Below are positions 1-12,113 of a stretch of DNA of 64,000 bases, piece by piece. Made by a program: the position numbers and the translations under genes. Under the pieces are notes generated by a model. It did not search any database, was not told where the DNA came from, and saw nothing but the letters and a program-made list of their open reading frames with translations. Origin of the DNA: Octopus bimaculoides (taxonomy: Eukaryota); contig NC_068997.1 of assembly GCF_001194135.2 (NCBI RefSeq), positions 56,499,578 to 56,563,577 of the forward strand. Reading direction: 5' to 3'. Every line of letters starts with the position of its first letter. Position 1 is the stretch's first letter.

Positions 1-48
<48 letters not shown>

Positions 49-80
49 AGAGAGAGAGTGAGAGAGAGTGAGAAAGAGAG
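1..80. repeat. (GT)n/(GA)n compound microsatellite
   Basis: Directly visible dinucleotide runs. Confidence 0.95.
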
Positions 81-81
81 A

Positions 82-399
82 GCCAGCGTCACCTTACTGA
101 CACTTGTGCCGGTGGCACGTGAAAAAACATTCGAGCAAGGTCGTTGTCAATGCCGCTCGACTGGTTCCTGTGCAGGTGGCACATAAAAAGTGTGGACATT
201 GCCAGTACCGCCTGACTGGCCCTTGTGCCGGTGGTACGTAAAAACACCCACTACACTCTCAGAGTGGTAGGCGTTAGGAAGGGCATCCAACTGTAGAAAC
301 TCTGCTAGATCAGATTAGAGCCTGGTGCAGCCATCTGATTTGCCAGTCCTCAGTCAAATCATCCAACCCATGCTGGCATGGAAAGTGGACGTTAAAGGA

Positions 400-403
<4 letters not shown>
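82..403 (+). mobile_element. SINE-like family B, 3' part, with three internal ~45-bp modules
   Basis: Module ccagtaccgcctgactggcccttgtgccggtggcacgtaaaaa occurs three times in degenerate form. It is followed by ggcgttaggaagggcatcc and a tail ggacgttaaaggatgat; both motifs recur at 63.4 kb. Confidence 0.75.
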
Positions 404-440
<37 letters not shown>

Positions 441-554
441 TTACAAATTAAAAGGGTAAAGGATTATCAATTTATTAATTAAACTCAATTAACAATTAAC
501 AATTTTTACCAAGCCCATCGGTATGAAAGCACCATTATTGGTGGAGAACTTATT

Positions 555-624
555 NNNNNNNNNNNNNNNNNNNNNNNNNNNNNNNNNNNNNNNNNNNNNN
601 NNNNNNNNNNNNNNNNNNNNNNNN
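555..624. other. Assembly gap (N)
   Basis: Run of N; (TA)n follows on the right. Confidence 1.
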
Positions 625-1281
625 TATATATATATATATGAATCAATCAATCTATGTAATTTATTTGAGGTTTTGGCAACAATACTGTGATATTTTTGTA
701 AATATAATTTTCATTGAAATTTTAGAGTGTTTATCCATTCACTAATAAAATCATAATCACTAAAATTTTGCAACTGATGATGGCACCAGTGTCTATGTGC
801 TTCCATTACTTTGTGAACCATTATTTTGGGTATGTGATCAGCGCTTTCACAAATTGTGAATTATTTCTTATGTCTTATTATGAAATGTAAGGAGGGATGT
901 CTTTAGGTACGAAACTTATCAATGTTCTTATATGTCATTTTAACGGATGTGCCCTCCTTTATAATTAATAAAGCTGTCATCATTTTTGATGGTATGCACA
1001 CACCAATATACCCCCCCCCACACATATATATATATATACATGCATAAATATATATATGCGTGTGTGTGTGTATGTATGTATTTATGCATGCGTGTGAGTA
1101 TATATATATGTTTCTTTTTAAGGGGTTCGCTTTGAGAGTTGCATTTCGTCGCATTCGGTAAAAATGTGTTTTTTATAGTAGTCTGACCTTAGAGTCCCTC
1201 ATGGCGTGAGGCGTTATTATATAGTAATGCCCTTATATAAATATAAATATATATATATGTATATATACGTGTATGTATATA

Positions 1282-1331
<50 letters not shown>

Positions 1332-1629
1332 CACACACATACACATTCATATAGCTAGGTAAATAAATTGTTGCTGAAATAGTTATAATTTATAATGATG
1401 GAGTGATATATGAAAATATCTTTGTTTTCCTTGACAGGTTCATAAGAAAAATTTGTATTCTTGCTTGATACATACAGAACACGCAATGTGAATATGGAAA
1501 GAAACCCCCACTAAAATGATATATAAACTGCTTTTCTCTAAACAGATGTTGCAAATAATTGAGCCACCAATGGTCCTCCATACATCTTTAATCTTTACTA
1601 GTTTGCACACAGTTTGTAAACTTTCTGCC

Positions 1630-1915
1630 TCTAGTTTCTTCAATGTTATCACTAAATCTGGTTTTAGGTCTTTCATTATTTTACCATATTCTACACCTGT
1701 TAACAGGAAGTTGTCTTCTAAGTATCTGGTTGGTGAAGGTCCATTTTCTTTTCACGATAGTATTTAGCAATCCTTTGTGGCACCTTATCTTATATCCGTC
1801 CAGCTTATTCCAAGAATGCGTCTAAACACCATTGTTCATATGCTTCAATGTTCCTTGTATTAATTTTGCTTCCCTTATAATCCAACCTTCAGAAAACCAT
1901 TGGAGACTATGCTAA
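1630..1915 (-). pseudogene. Degraded RTE-clade LINE reverse transcriptase C-terminal remnant
   Basis: Minus strand, with frameshifts, reads SEGW...IEAYEQWC/RRILGISWTD...LLNTIVKRK...LLTGVEYGK...RPKTRFSDNIEE. This matches the RTE C-terminal pattern EAFEMWCYRRILRISWTD...GRPRTRW.DNI from memory. Confidence 0.7.
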
Positions 1916-2111
1916 ATATCATCTACACGTTTATGAAGCGAAATGAAACCCATGGTTTAGAGTAACATGCACACTACTTACATGAATGCATGTTTAGCCC
2001 CACATACATATCCTTGCCTATTTATATGGCCACATGGCAAATGAACCATGTCAATTTGATAGTGACTGGCTTGATTCCCACAATGCCAAAAGCCAAAATA
2101 TATTTGTGTGT

Positions 2112-2220
2112 GTGAAATAAAGTGCTTTGCTCAACAACATAACTCATCAACCGGACCAGGAACCAAAACCACTATCTTACGATCATGCGTGTGACACCAT
2201 AACAACTAAGCTACGTGTCT

Positions 2221-2222
<2 letters not shown>
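2112..2222 (-). mobile_element. SINE family C, 5' fragment (tRNA-like head)
   Basis: Reverse complement ggagacacgtagcttagttg...catgatcgtaag...ttgagcaaagcactttatttcac aligns with the copy at 10128. Confidence 0.7.
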
Positions 2223-2258
<36 letters not shown>

Positions 2259-2454
2259 ACACATGTATATATTGAGAGTGTTCCTTCCCTGTAGAATGTG
2301 TAGACTCTTCTGAAGAGGAAAAGAATCAACAACAGGATTGGTCTGGTCAGATTTGTTTCTTTTTGTTAATTAAACATCTCCCTACTCAAATTAAAGCATT
2401 GAGTAATTTGCTTTAAGGTCCCTCCCGGCTCTCTCAACTTACACACACACACAC

Positions 2455-2495
<41 letters not shown>

Positions 2496-4341
2496 AGCTT
2501 AAAATCTGCCCTATTGGTCCGTTTTTAAGCTAGTATACAGCTATTAAGCAACTGACCCTGAATGGGAAGATCTGCAAACAGATCTCTGACTTGTTTTGGA
2601 GAATTTGTTGCAATTGCTTCCTCCAGAGTCAGATCCCAATGAGGATCATATTTGTCGCTAAAAATCATGTAAAAAAATCACCGTATGCAATCACAGTAAC
2701 GAAAAATATAGGAATCCAAATTTCGGGAATAGTATGAGTGTCATTCAGTAGTGAGAGAGGTGGGGGGATCTAAGTGTGACACACTGACACACAAATTAGT
2801 TTTTGTATTTAATATATTATTGCATTGCATTTAATATATATAATATAATATAATATAATATATATATATATATATATGCATACACACACACATATATGTA
2901 TATATGAATGTATGTGTGTAGGCATGTAGGTATATATAGGTCTTATGAGGAAACTACACATACGGAGGTGAAAATATGATTTGATGTTTTGACGTTCATA
3001 CATTTCCAAAACGGAGGAGGCTTTCGAACTATAACTGAAGTGAGGTGTCACCATCCAAGAATCAAAGGCAGTTCACAGACTCACTTCATTGGAAGCTTAC
3101 CTCCAACTCTATGCTGCTCAGCACTGCATAAATAATACTGTGAATGAATTAATGACAAAATTCACACAAAGCCAGCCATCAACTTACTTTTTACAAGCAG
3201 CTTCTAACAAAGTATTTATGCGTGTGCATACGTGCATCTGTTCTTGCAAAGCTGGCACTTTTTGAATCACTGCAAATAGGAAATGTGCTGAGATATTTAA
3301 ATGCACTCAGGTGTGTATACATCTATTAAAATACGGATAATTTCCCTTTCACAGAAATATACAAATCAGTACAAAATTTTCTTTTCATTCAGGCATTTAG
3401 CGATGTTTTTATTTCTGTTCTTTATGCACGAGCACACTCCTGCACACAGACACACACAGACAGACACACACAGACAAACACACACAGACAAACACACACA
3501 CATACGTATATACACACATGTAACAAATTCTAATTCAAAATATTCAAATATATACATATATACACTCAAATATATGTATATTTTTATACATACATAAAAA
3601 TATACCTACATATATATTTATTTATATTCATATATACTAACATATTTATCTTTACATGCACATATATATATATATATATATATATATCTGTACATGCATA
3701 TACGCATTTGAAAAAGGTTAAAAAAAATTCCATTAGCATCACAAATAAATAAACTAAAACTATTCCCCCATTCCTTACCCGCCTCACATTAGAGAATTGA
3801 GAACAAACCTTCCTCCAAACATCAATGTTTATTCTATGAAGATTTATTTAAGAATATTTCAGGTCATGTCATGATTTGGGGATTTGTATTTTTATGAGGA
3901 AGCATAAAGGCAGGGCGAATTTATGTAGGTTCTTTGATTCAGAAGCCGCATATGCAAACTTACCAATTCTCAACAATATGGATGAAGGATTCATGGAATT
4001 CAATTGAAATCGATTTCTGGTTAGCAGCAAAGATTCTTTGGGAAAAAAAGTCAAATATAAAATATATCTTTCAAAAGTTTATTTGAGACGTTTAGTTATT
4101 TTATCTGTGTTTAATTTATATTTTATTATAGTTGAAAGAAAGTGGAATTTACCAGAGGCACAGTAAATGATAGAGAGATCATTAGTTGATTGAATGTGTA
4201 GAAAGGGAAACAGTGGAACGAAGAGGTATGCGTGTATGCGTATAGATGCATATATGTGTGTGTGTGTGTGTATGGGTATATTTTGAGAAAATGGAATGAC
4301 AGTTATCGCACCCTAAATGTTCATAGCAGTTATACAACCAA

Positions 4342-4617
4342 ATGACATATCTGTCAATGGTAGAATCGTTAAAATACCTTACAGTATTCTTTCTCTGTCT
4401 TTTGGTTCCGCATTCCAATCTTTCCAGTGTTACGTTTTACATGATCGATATAAATGCACCAGCCAATGCCTATCAACTCTTAGGATTGAACGAATCGATT
4501 ATCAATCAGTGGAAGGAATACATAAAGCAATCTAAAATTTCTTTTGGCAATTCTTACGATGACATTAGTGCCAAACGGCATCGTCTATTGACCTTTTATT
4601 GGACATCAGTGGTGTGA
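4342..4617 (+). CDS. Unexplained 91-aa ORF with signal-peptide-like N-terminus (candidate only)
   Basis: Non-repetitive ORF with hydrophobic KYLTVFFLCLLVP; no homology recognised. Confidence 0.15.
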   Translation: MTYLSMVESLKYLTVFFLCLLVPHSNLSSVTFYMIDINAPANAYQLLGLNESIINQWKEYIKQSKISFGNSYDDISAKRHRLLTFYWTSVV

Positions 4618-5127
4618 AAAGGAGAAACCTACTGGCTGGACAGGTCTCCTCTTTTTTATTTGCATGACATAGCTGTCTATTGGTACTTTTTAAGGGACTT
4701 TACTGTTTGTTCAAATCTGTGTGATTTGAAGACGCTGTGGTTTATACCATTTTTGGATGTTTTTTCTTGGCTTCTTTTAATTATTCTGTTCACATGATAG
4801 ACTGGCCCCCTGTATCACCATGTAAATCGAAGGATATTCGTTCTTAATGGTATTGTCACAAAAAGAAACACACAAACAACATTAAAAAAATGACTGAAAT
4901 GGGAATAAAAAAATTACTATCACGTGCCTACAATCATACAATTTACCTTTGTCCATGTTTAGGCTTAGACCGGGATAAGAAGTTTCGTTATTTATGTTGT
5001 ATCAGTATGTTCCGTAACCTCATAATTCAAAACCGGTCATCTAATGCATAACTACAAAATACTGGTGTGATTTGATCTCTAGAGGTTTCGAATCTACAAA
5101 TCGGTTTTCCTGTTCTTGATATAATCG

Positions 5128-5299
5128 TTTACCTGGGTTCTCATTCCTAAGGTATTTTTCAATGTTATTGTTATTATTCAGGTCACTGCCTGGAATTGAA
5201 CTCGGAATCTTGGGGTTAGTAGCATATGGCGTAGTGATTAAGAGCACGGGCATATGGCGTACTGGTTACATAATGTCTCACCTCTTAAATATAGAACTG
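5128..5299. mobile_element. Family G rearranged copy: inverted arm, duplicated head, tail
   Basis: 5128-5222 is the reverse complement of the family G head/body. Then gcatatggcgta occurs twice, followed directly by the tail cataatgtctcacctcttaaatatagaactg. Confidence 0.85.
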
Positions 5300-6545
5300 T
5301 ATTGCCTATAAGTCTGAGATCTTATTTTCGATCTAGAAAAGTATGATATAAAGAGCATGGAATTATAGTGGCTCATATGTTTTTTACACTCTTAAAAAAG
5401 AAAAAAACAAATTGTAATATTTTGTTTGTATCTCGTTCTTTCTGTTGAACTCTTTTTACAGTCCTGAGTTATTATTTTCGTTTCAATATAAACCAAATTG
5501 GTTCGGTTTTGGCTTCAGATTCGAAACTCTGTTCTTCAATTTTGAAAATAATAAACAAACTAAAACCTAAAGTGATGCAGGGTCTACTTTACAATGTTGT
5601 CTACGTCACTGTTCTAGAAATGAAAGGAAAATGGAAAAACCAAAAGAATGGAGTCATTTTCTGGGTGATACAACACATGAAGTTTAAATTAAATCATTTC
5701 AAACGAAAACCTTGCAAAAGGGAAAACGTACAAACCGGAAAACTGAATACCGTGTAAACCGAGGGGCATATATATAATTATGCGTATGGGAGCAAGCAGA
5801 AAAGGATGTATTTAATAATGAAAGTAGAGTTATTTCGTGTGTTCTGTGGAGATTGAAGACTTTCCAAATCGTTATTCTACGTTTTTCGTATATCACTGAC
5901 ATTCAGTTATGATGTAAAAAACACTAAGCAAGAAAACACGTGAAAAAGTGAAATGAAATATTTTGCATCATGCACAGAATATTTGATCAGGCGCCGAAAA
6001 AAATGTCTTCGTAATGCATATGGAGGTGTATAAAATAAACACTGTTACGAGTGCGCGCGCACACACCCACACTCACAAACAAACACATGCACAGGTATAC
6101 ATGTATATATGCACATGTATATAAGCATGTATATGAAATGAAGAAGTATCCAAAAATGCTTGTATATGGAAAAAAAATATGGATTAAAAATGTATGCAAA
6201 AATGGAAAAATATGTTTAAAAATGTATGTGTGAAAACGAGATAACGTATTAGCTTAAAGGGAAAATATTGTTTTAAATAAGAGAATTTCCAAGGAAAAGA
6301 CATAAAAATGAAATGGTTATTACATCCTACATTTTACAACAATTTCAAAATGCTCGTTGTTTGGCATTATTTATATGAAGGTTTATAATTGGATAATAAG
6401 TACTTGGAAGTGTTTTAACAGACTGATACACGTTTTGCATTTAATCCTTTGGAATTCTGGGTAAAGCATTCTTTCACTTTCGATACAACTAGAAACTCAG
6501 TTTTAATCAAAAACATTCCTTGCCTATACATCGTTGCAATATCTA

Positions 6546-6752
6546 AAGGCGGCAACCTGGCAGAAACGTTAGCACGCCGGGCGAAATGCTTCGTGATATT
6601 TCGTCTGCCGTTACGTTCTGAGTTCAAATTCCGCCGAGGTCGATTTTCCTTTCGGGGTCGATTAAATAAGCGCTAGTTACACTTGTAATCGACTTAATCC
6701 CTTTGTTTGTCCCCTTCTGTGTTTAACCCCCTGTGGGCAATAACGAAATAAA
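6546..6752 (+). mobile_element. tRNA-headed SINE family A
   Basis: aaggcggcaacctggcagaaacgttagcacgccgggcgaaatgc...gagttcaaattccgccgaggtcga...cctttcggggtcgat. A-box/B-box-like motifs; more than 10 copies in the window. Confidence 0.9.
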
Positions 6753-7330
6753 TATATAACTCTGATCAAGTGATAGTATGTGGCTTGTGGCTTGTCTCTC
6801 TCTCTCTTCCATTCTCTTATGAGCTAAATATACTTTGATTGTGCTGTCATAAATTTCCTACTTCCGTTTCTAAAAGAATATCTCTGCCTGTAAAAATGAG
6901 CTTTAAAAGTGTTCAATCAATCCAGTATATGACTTTGATCTAGAGTTCAAATCGAAGAGTATTGGGGAGCTAGTAACTAATGACCTTTTCAGACAGTTAC
7001 CATCAAACGGTTAATTATTACAATCGATCCAGATAAAGGTCCATGCAGAAATTAAATTAATTATATTAGAAATTTGCTCAGAAACGTAATTTGCAAAACT
7101 TTTTTCAGGAAAGAGTGACTAACTTTAATAAAATTTCTGTTATAGATTTGGTGATAAGTATTTGGTTTGAAATTAAAGAGAAATTGAATTAAGAAACTCA
7201 TTAACTGTGTCTCTGCACTCTTCATTAAACAACAAAATTATTTCTCATCTAGTTTTACGTTTTAGAAGTTTCGATTTTGACAGAAACTGCATTTTCTGAG
7301 AACCTTTGCATTACTTATTTCAACCATTAA

Positions 7331-7495
7331 ATTGCGGCCATGCTGGAGTACGACCTTGAAGAGTTTAGCCTATCTAGTCGACTTACATTATCGCTATTGG
7401 GTGTATTGTTGATCTTATTCGCTAGATTCGATGGATGTAAAAAACTAGCTATGGCTTCAAGCGATAAGAGATCGGGACAAAATGCGCATGCGTGC
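7331..7495 (-). mobile_element. SINE-like family E, 3' part
   Basis: Reverse complement contains tcaaggtcgtactccagcatggccgca, matching the 9.1 kb and 58.9 kb copies. Confidence 0.65.
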
Positions 7496-7510
7496 ATGCA
7501 CATACACTCC

Positions 7511-7529
7511 GTGTGTGTGTGTGTGTGTA

Positions 7530-7596
<67 letters not shown>
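7511..7596. repeat. (GT)n microsatellite
   Basis: Directly visible. Confidence 0.95.
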
Positions 7597-7599
<3 letters not shown>

Positions 7600-7713
7600 C
7601 AACGGGAATAAGTATAATCCATCAGAATTCTCCCACAAGGCCCACAGTGCAGTGAGACTGAACATGATGTACAAACTCATGGCCATAACACTAAAAGTGA
7701 TACATTTAACAGC

Positions 7714-8444
7714 NNNNNNNNNNNNNNNNNNNNNNNNNNNNNNNNNNNNNNNNNNNNNNNNNNNNNNNNNNNNNNNNNNNNNNNNNNNNNNNNNNNNNNN
7801 NNNNNNNNNNNNNNNNNNNNNNNNNNNNNNNNNNNNNNNNNNNNNNNNNNNNNNNNNNNNNNNNNNNNNNNNNNNNNNNNNNNNNNNNNNNNNNNNNNNN
7901 NNNNNNNNNNNNNNNNNNNNNNNNNNNNNNNNNNNNNNNNNNNNNNNNNNNNNNNNNNNNNNNNNNNNNNNNNNNNNNNNNNNNNNNNNNNNNNNNNNNN
8001 NNNNNNNNNNNNNNNNNNNNNNNNNNNNNNNNNNNNNNNNNNNNNNNNNNNNNNNNNNNNNNNNNNNNNNNNNNNNNNNNNNNNNNNNNNNNNNNNNNNN
8101 NNNNNNNNNNNNNNNNNNNNNNNNNNNNNNNNNNNNNNNNNNNNNNNNNNNNNNNNNNNNNNNNNNNNNNNNNNNNNNNNNNNNNNNNNNNNNNNNNNNN
8201 NNNNNNNNNNNNNNNNNNNNNNNNNNNNNNNNNNNNNNNNNNNNNNNNNNNNNNNNNNNNNNNNNNNNNNNNNNNNNNNNNNNNNNNNNNNNNNNNNNNN
8301 NNNNNNNNNNNNNNNNNNNNNNNNNNNNNNNNNNNNNNNNNNNNNNNNNNNNNNNNNNNNNNNNNNNNNNNNNNNNNNNNNNNNNNNNNNNNNNNNNNNN
8401 NNNNNNNNNNNNNNNNNNNNNNNNNNNNNNNNNNNNNNNNNNNN
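7714..8444. other. Assembly gap (N)
   Basis: Run of N. Confidence 1.
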
Positions 8445-8477
<33 letters not shown>

Positions 8478-8480
<3 letters not shown>

Positions 8481-8825
8481 CTTCCTTCTTGCTGCTCTGC
8501 CATAGTAACCAAGTTTGTGGAGATACCTGACAGCTTTTCTGGGACTGACAGCAACGTGTTCTGCTATGTCAGAGGCCTCTCAATGAAGTGTATCCGCCAC
8601 ACTTCTCTTAAAGAGATGGGCCTTGTCAGAGAGCCTTGGTCAACCTCGGCGAGGTGATGGTGGACTCCTTCCCCTCTCTGGTGAATTGCAAAATCACTCT
8701 ATTAGCTGTTGAATGTAGGATTCGAAGATTTTCTGCAATTTTACGCTATGTCCATCGTCAGATTGACCCACAATATAGCCTCTTTGAAATTCAGATAGTT
8801 CCTAGGCTTATTTTGTGCATGGCAT
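8478..8825 (-). pseudogene. Tc1 transposase N-terminal HTH region (stops and frameshifts)
   Basis: MPCTK*A*ELSEFQRGYIVGQSDDGHS / RKIAENLRILHSTANRVILQFTREGK ... HKLGYYGRAARRKP: typical Tc1 paired-like HTH and 'G...R.ARRKP' motif. Confidence 0.8.
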
Positions 8826-8949
8826 AATTAAAGAATCACACATAGAACCTGAAACATTAAATGTTAATTAATAAAGAATATAAACCTATACAAGTTAGAA
8901 TAAACATAAAACGATGTTTTATTAGGTGTCTATTTACTTTTGTCATGCT

Positions 8950-8951
<2 letters not shown>
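8478..8951 (-). mobile_element. Tc1-family DNA transposon, 5' remnant with one TIR
   Basis: TIR-like end (TA)caagcatgacaaaagtaaatagacacc at 8925-8953, followed on the minus strand by a transposase N-terminus. Bounded by (TA)n on both sides. Confidence 0.8.
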
Positions 8952-8980
<29 letters not shown>

Positions 8981-8983
<3 letters not shown>

Positions 8984-9200
8984 CGTGTGTCTCTGTGACT
9001 TAGTGTTTGTTTCCCTATTGTCGCTTGCGAACTGATATCAGTGTGTTTATGGCCCCGTAACTTTGCGGTTTGGCCAAAGCGACCTATAAAATAAGTCCTG
9101 GGGTCAATTTCTTCAACTAAAGTCCTTTGAGGCAGTGCTCCAGCATGGTCGTATTCAAAATGACTGAAACGTGTAAAAGAATGAAAGGAAAGAATAAAAG
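8981..9200 (+). mobile_element. SINE-like family E, 3' part
   Basis: ccccgtaactttgcggtttggc...gtcctggggtcaatt...gaggcagtgctccagcatggtcg...aatgactgaaacgtgtaaaaga; preceded by (TA)n. Confidence 0.75.
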
Positions 9201-9210
9201 AATGTTTATA

Positions 9211-9220
9211 NNNNNNNNNN
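9211..9220. other. Assembly gap (N)
   Basis: Run of N. Confidence 1.
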
Positions 9221-10127
9221 AAATCTAAAGGTAATTACCAGATCAGAATGAAGGAAGACAACTGCTAAAACCTTTCGCACTCGAATCCAGTTTCGTTTGT
9301 AATAACTTTATACATCTTTACATTGTGGGAGATGGCATTTTGCACCTTGTTTACTATTTAAACGCGCGCACACACACACATTGGTGTATTTATATTCAAA
9401 CACGTATACTTACATGTGTATACACACACTTATGTCATATATGAAGCTGAGTAAATATTTCAAAGAGCAACACATCATCCTATATTCTCATACACATTGA
9501 CATCTCATTCAAAGATTTTTGATGAAGAACATTTAAAGAAAGATAATTCATGTTAGCAAAGTTGTTTTAAACGACATGGGAGCTATAAATGTTACAGCTA
9601 GCTGTTTCAAAAACATTTTCTTTTTCCTTTTTTTTTCTCTACTTCAGGACTTTATTTATTTTAACATTCTGTTGTTTTTATGTCTCTGTAATAAAATTAC
9701 TGCTTTGGCAAAACAACACGTATAATCCTCATCAAGTTTTATCTTAATGCTTTCAGTTTTGAAAACAACTAATTCCAAAGAACAGAACTATCTAACTGAC
9801 AGTAGGAATCTTCTGATCAAAATGACTTCTGTATTAGTTTGTTCCCTGTAAACACTTTGGAATGGTCAGATTCCGATGAAAATTATGTTTTTGCCATTTA
9901 GTTTTGTGCTTTAGGTTTTTCTCTTTACTAAAAAGTGGGCATGTTTCGTTACGAAAATCAGGCAATCAGGGCAAAATATCAAATTCTTGTGATATAAGCA
10001 AATCGTTGATGTGCAAGTCGTAGAAATTGTGGGTCAAATATGTCTTTCAAAAATTGTGTTAATGTAAGGAAATATCAATTTGCAACATATCATTCGGCTG
10101 ATGTGGGAAAAAATATTGTCACATTTT

Positions 10128-10306
10128 GCAGGCGCGTGGCTGAGTGGTTTGGGAATTCATCTCATGATCGTAAGGTCATGAGTTCGACTCCTGGTTGTGC
10201 ATTGTGTCCTTGAGCAAGACACTTTATTTCACGTTGCTCCAGTTCAATCAGTTGACAAAAGTAGTAACTGTATTTCAGAGGGTCAGCCGTGTCACATTCT
10301 GTGCCA
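10128..10306 (+). mobile_element. SINE family C, 5' half (tRNA head plus CORE-like segment)
   Basis: ggcgcgtggctgagtgg (A box), gagttcgactcc (B box), tgtgtccttgagcaagacactt. Confidence 0.85.
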
Positions 10307-10333
10307 TATATATGAATGTATAATATACATATA

Positions 10334-10371
<38 letters not shown>

Positions 10372-10551
10372 NNNNNNNNNNNNNNNNNNNNNNNNNNNNN
10401 NNNNNNNNNNNNNNNNNNNNNNNNNNNNNNNNNNNNNNNNNNNNNNNNNNNNNNNNNNNNNNNNNNNNNNNNNNNNNNNNNNNNNNNNNNNNNNNNNNNN
10501 NNNNNNNNNNNNNNNNNNNNNNNNNNNNNNNNNNNNNNNNNNNNNNNNNNN
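10372..10551. other. Assembly gap (N) inside (TA)n
   Basis: Run of N flanked by (TA)n. Confidence 1.
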
Positions 10552-10570
10552 TATATATATATATATATAT

Positions 10571-10719
10571 GATGGGTTTCCTTCAGTTTCCATCTACTAA
10601 ATCTACTCACAAGGCTTTATTCAGTCCAAATCTATAGTAGAAGATGCTTGCCCAAGGTGCCACACAGTGGGACAGAACCTGGAAATGTATGGTTGAGAAG
10701 TAAGCTTCTTACCACCCAG
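10571..10719 (-). mobile_element. SINE family D head (tRNA-like plus CORE-like)
   Basis: Reverse complement ctgggtggtaagaagcttacttctcaacc...ggttctgtcccactgtgtggcaccttgggcaag...ggaaactgaaggaaacccatc, then (TA)n. Single copy here; family recognised from memory. Confidence 0.7.
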
Positions 10720-10755
10720 GAACATAAATTTGAAGTGTAATATATGGATTCATAA

Positions 10756-10957
10756 AAGCGGTGAGATGGCAGAAACGTTAGCACACTGGGCGAAATGCTT
10801 GGTGGTATTTCGTCCGTCTTTGTGCTCTGAGTTCAAATTCCGCCAAGGTTGACTTTGCCTTTCATCCTTCTGGTGTCGATAATTTGTACTGGGATCGATC
10901 TAATCGACTGGCCCCCTTTTCCACCAAATTTCAGGCCTTGTGCCTAGAGTAGAAAAG
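10756..10957 (+). mobile_element. SINE family A
   Basis: Full-length match to other A copies, ending ggccttgtgcctagagtagaaaag. Confidence 0.9.
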
Positions 10958-11100
10958 ATTCTGTGTCACGCTGAATCTCCTTGAGAACTACACTATGGGT
11001 CTACGCGTCAGTGATGTGCTCAGCACTTGCACGTCAGTTTCACGAGCAGGCTGTTCCGTTGATCAACTGGAACCCCCGTCGTCATAACCGACAGAATGCC
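10958..11100 (+). mobile_element. SINE family C, probable 3' half
   Basis: Resumes at attctgtgtca, duplicating the end of the 5' half (attctgtgcca, 10296-10306). The continuation is recognised from remembered consensus. Confidence 0.65.
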
Positions 11101-11578
11101 AGTTCTCGATCTCTGACGATTTAGTTGAAACTTGATCTATCGATCCTTCAATTGGTAAAATATAACATTTTTAATACTTAACAGTTTCTGCATGAATCGA
11201 GAACCCAAAATAGAACCCCAACCCTGCCAACCCCCACTCTTTAAACATCGACTTTACAAACTCACAAAGGCATTTGATGTAAACTGCAGCAAATGAAGGT
11301 AAACCTCACCTGATCGCTGCAATACTTGACCTGAATCTGGTTCAATCCAGAGACACAGTAATTCTTCATATAATAGTCCCATCAATAAAATACGCAGGAA
11401 ATACATCTCCAAGCAAATCCTTCATGTGTATGAACCATGATTTTTACCAAAGTTCCCGAATTACTCTTCTGTTGATAATATCAATAAAAGGGTTATACAA
11501 CTGTGTACGTATTTCTCGCTCTCTCTCTCTTTCTCTATCCCTACATGTCTCTAAGTATATATTTCTATATGAAGCTAA

Positions 11579-11614
<36 letters not shown>

Positions 11615-11732
11615 GTATCTGTATGTATACACACACATATATATATATACACATATACATATGTGCATACATATACACACATATATATATATATATAAAT
11701 CTATACACATTTACATACGCATATACATATAT

Positions 11733-11963
11733 NNNNNNNNNNNNNNNNNNNNNNNNNNNNNNNNNNNNNNNNNNNNNNNNNNNNNNNNNNNNNNNNNNNN
11801 NNNNNNNNNNNNNNNNNNNNNNNNNNNNNNNNNNNNNNNNNNNNNNNNNNNNNNNNNNNNNNNNNNNNNNNNNNNNNNNNNNNNNNNNNNNNNNNNNNNN
11901 NNNNNNNNNNNNNNNNNNNNNNNNNNNNNNNNNNNNNNNNNNNNNNNNNNNNNNNNNNNNNNN
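11733..11963. other. Assembly gap (N) inside (TA)n
   Basis: Run of N flanked by AT repeats. Confidence 1.
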
Positions 11964-12003
<40 letters not shown>

Positions 12004-12081
12004 TAGACATACATGTATATATGCATATACACATTCATACGCACACACACATGTTTATATATGTGTATGTATATGTTTGTC

Positions 12082-12113
<32 letters not shown>

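Noticed and set aside
4342-4617. Resemblance to GPCR TM6-7 or a DnaJ N-terminus
   Set aside because: Key motifs (NPxxY, HPD) are absent.
7340-8554. Long ORFs in the track (396, 282, 352 aa and similar)
   Set aside because: They run through N gaps or dinucleotide repeats (YIYI, CVCV, THTH); these are artefacts.
11113-11131. CTGACGA...GAAAC hammerhead-like words
   Set aside because: No stem II can form between them and there is no stem I.
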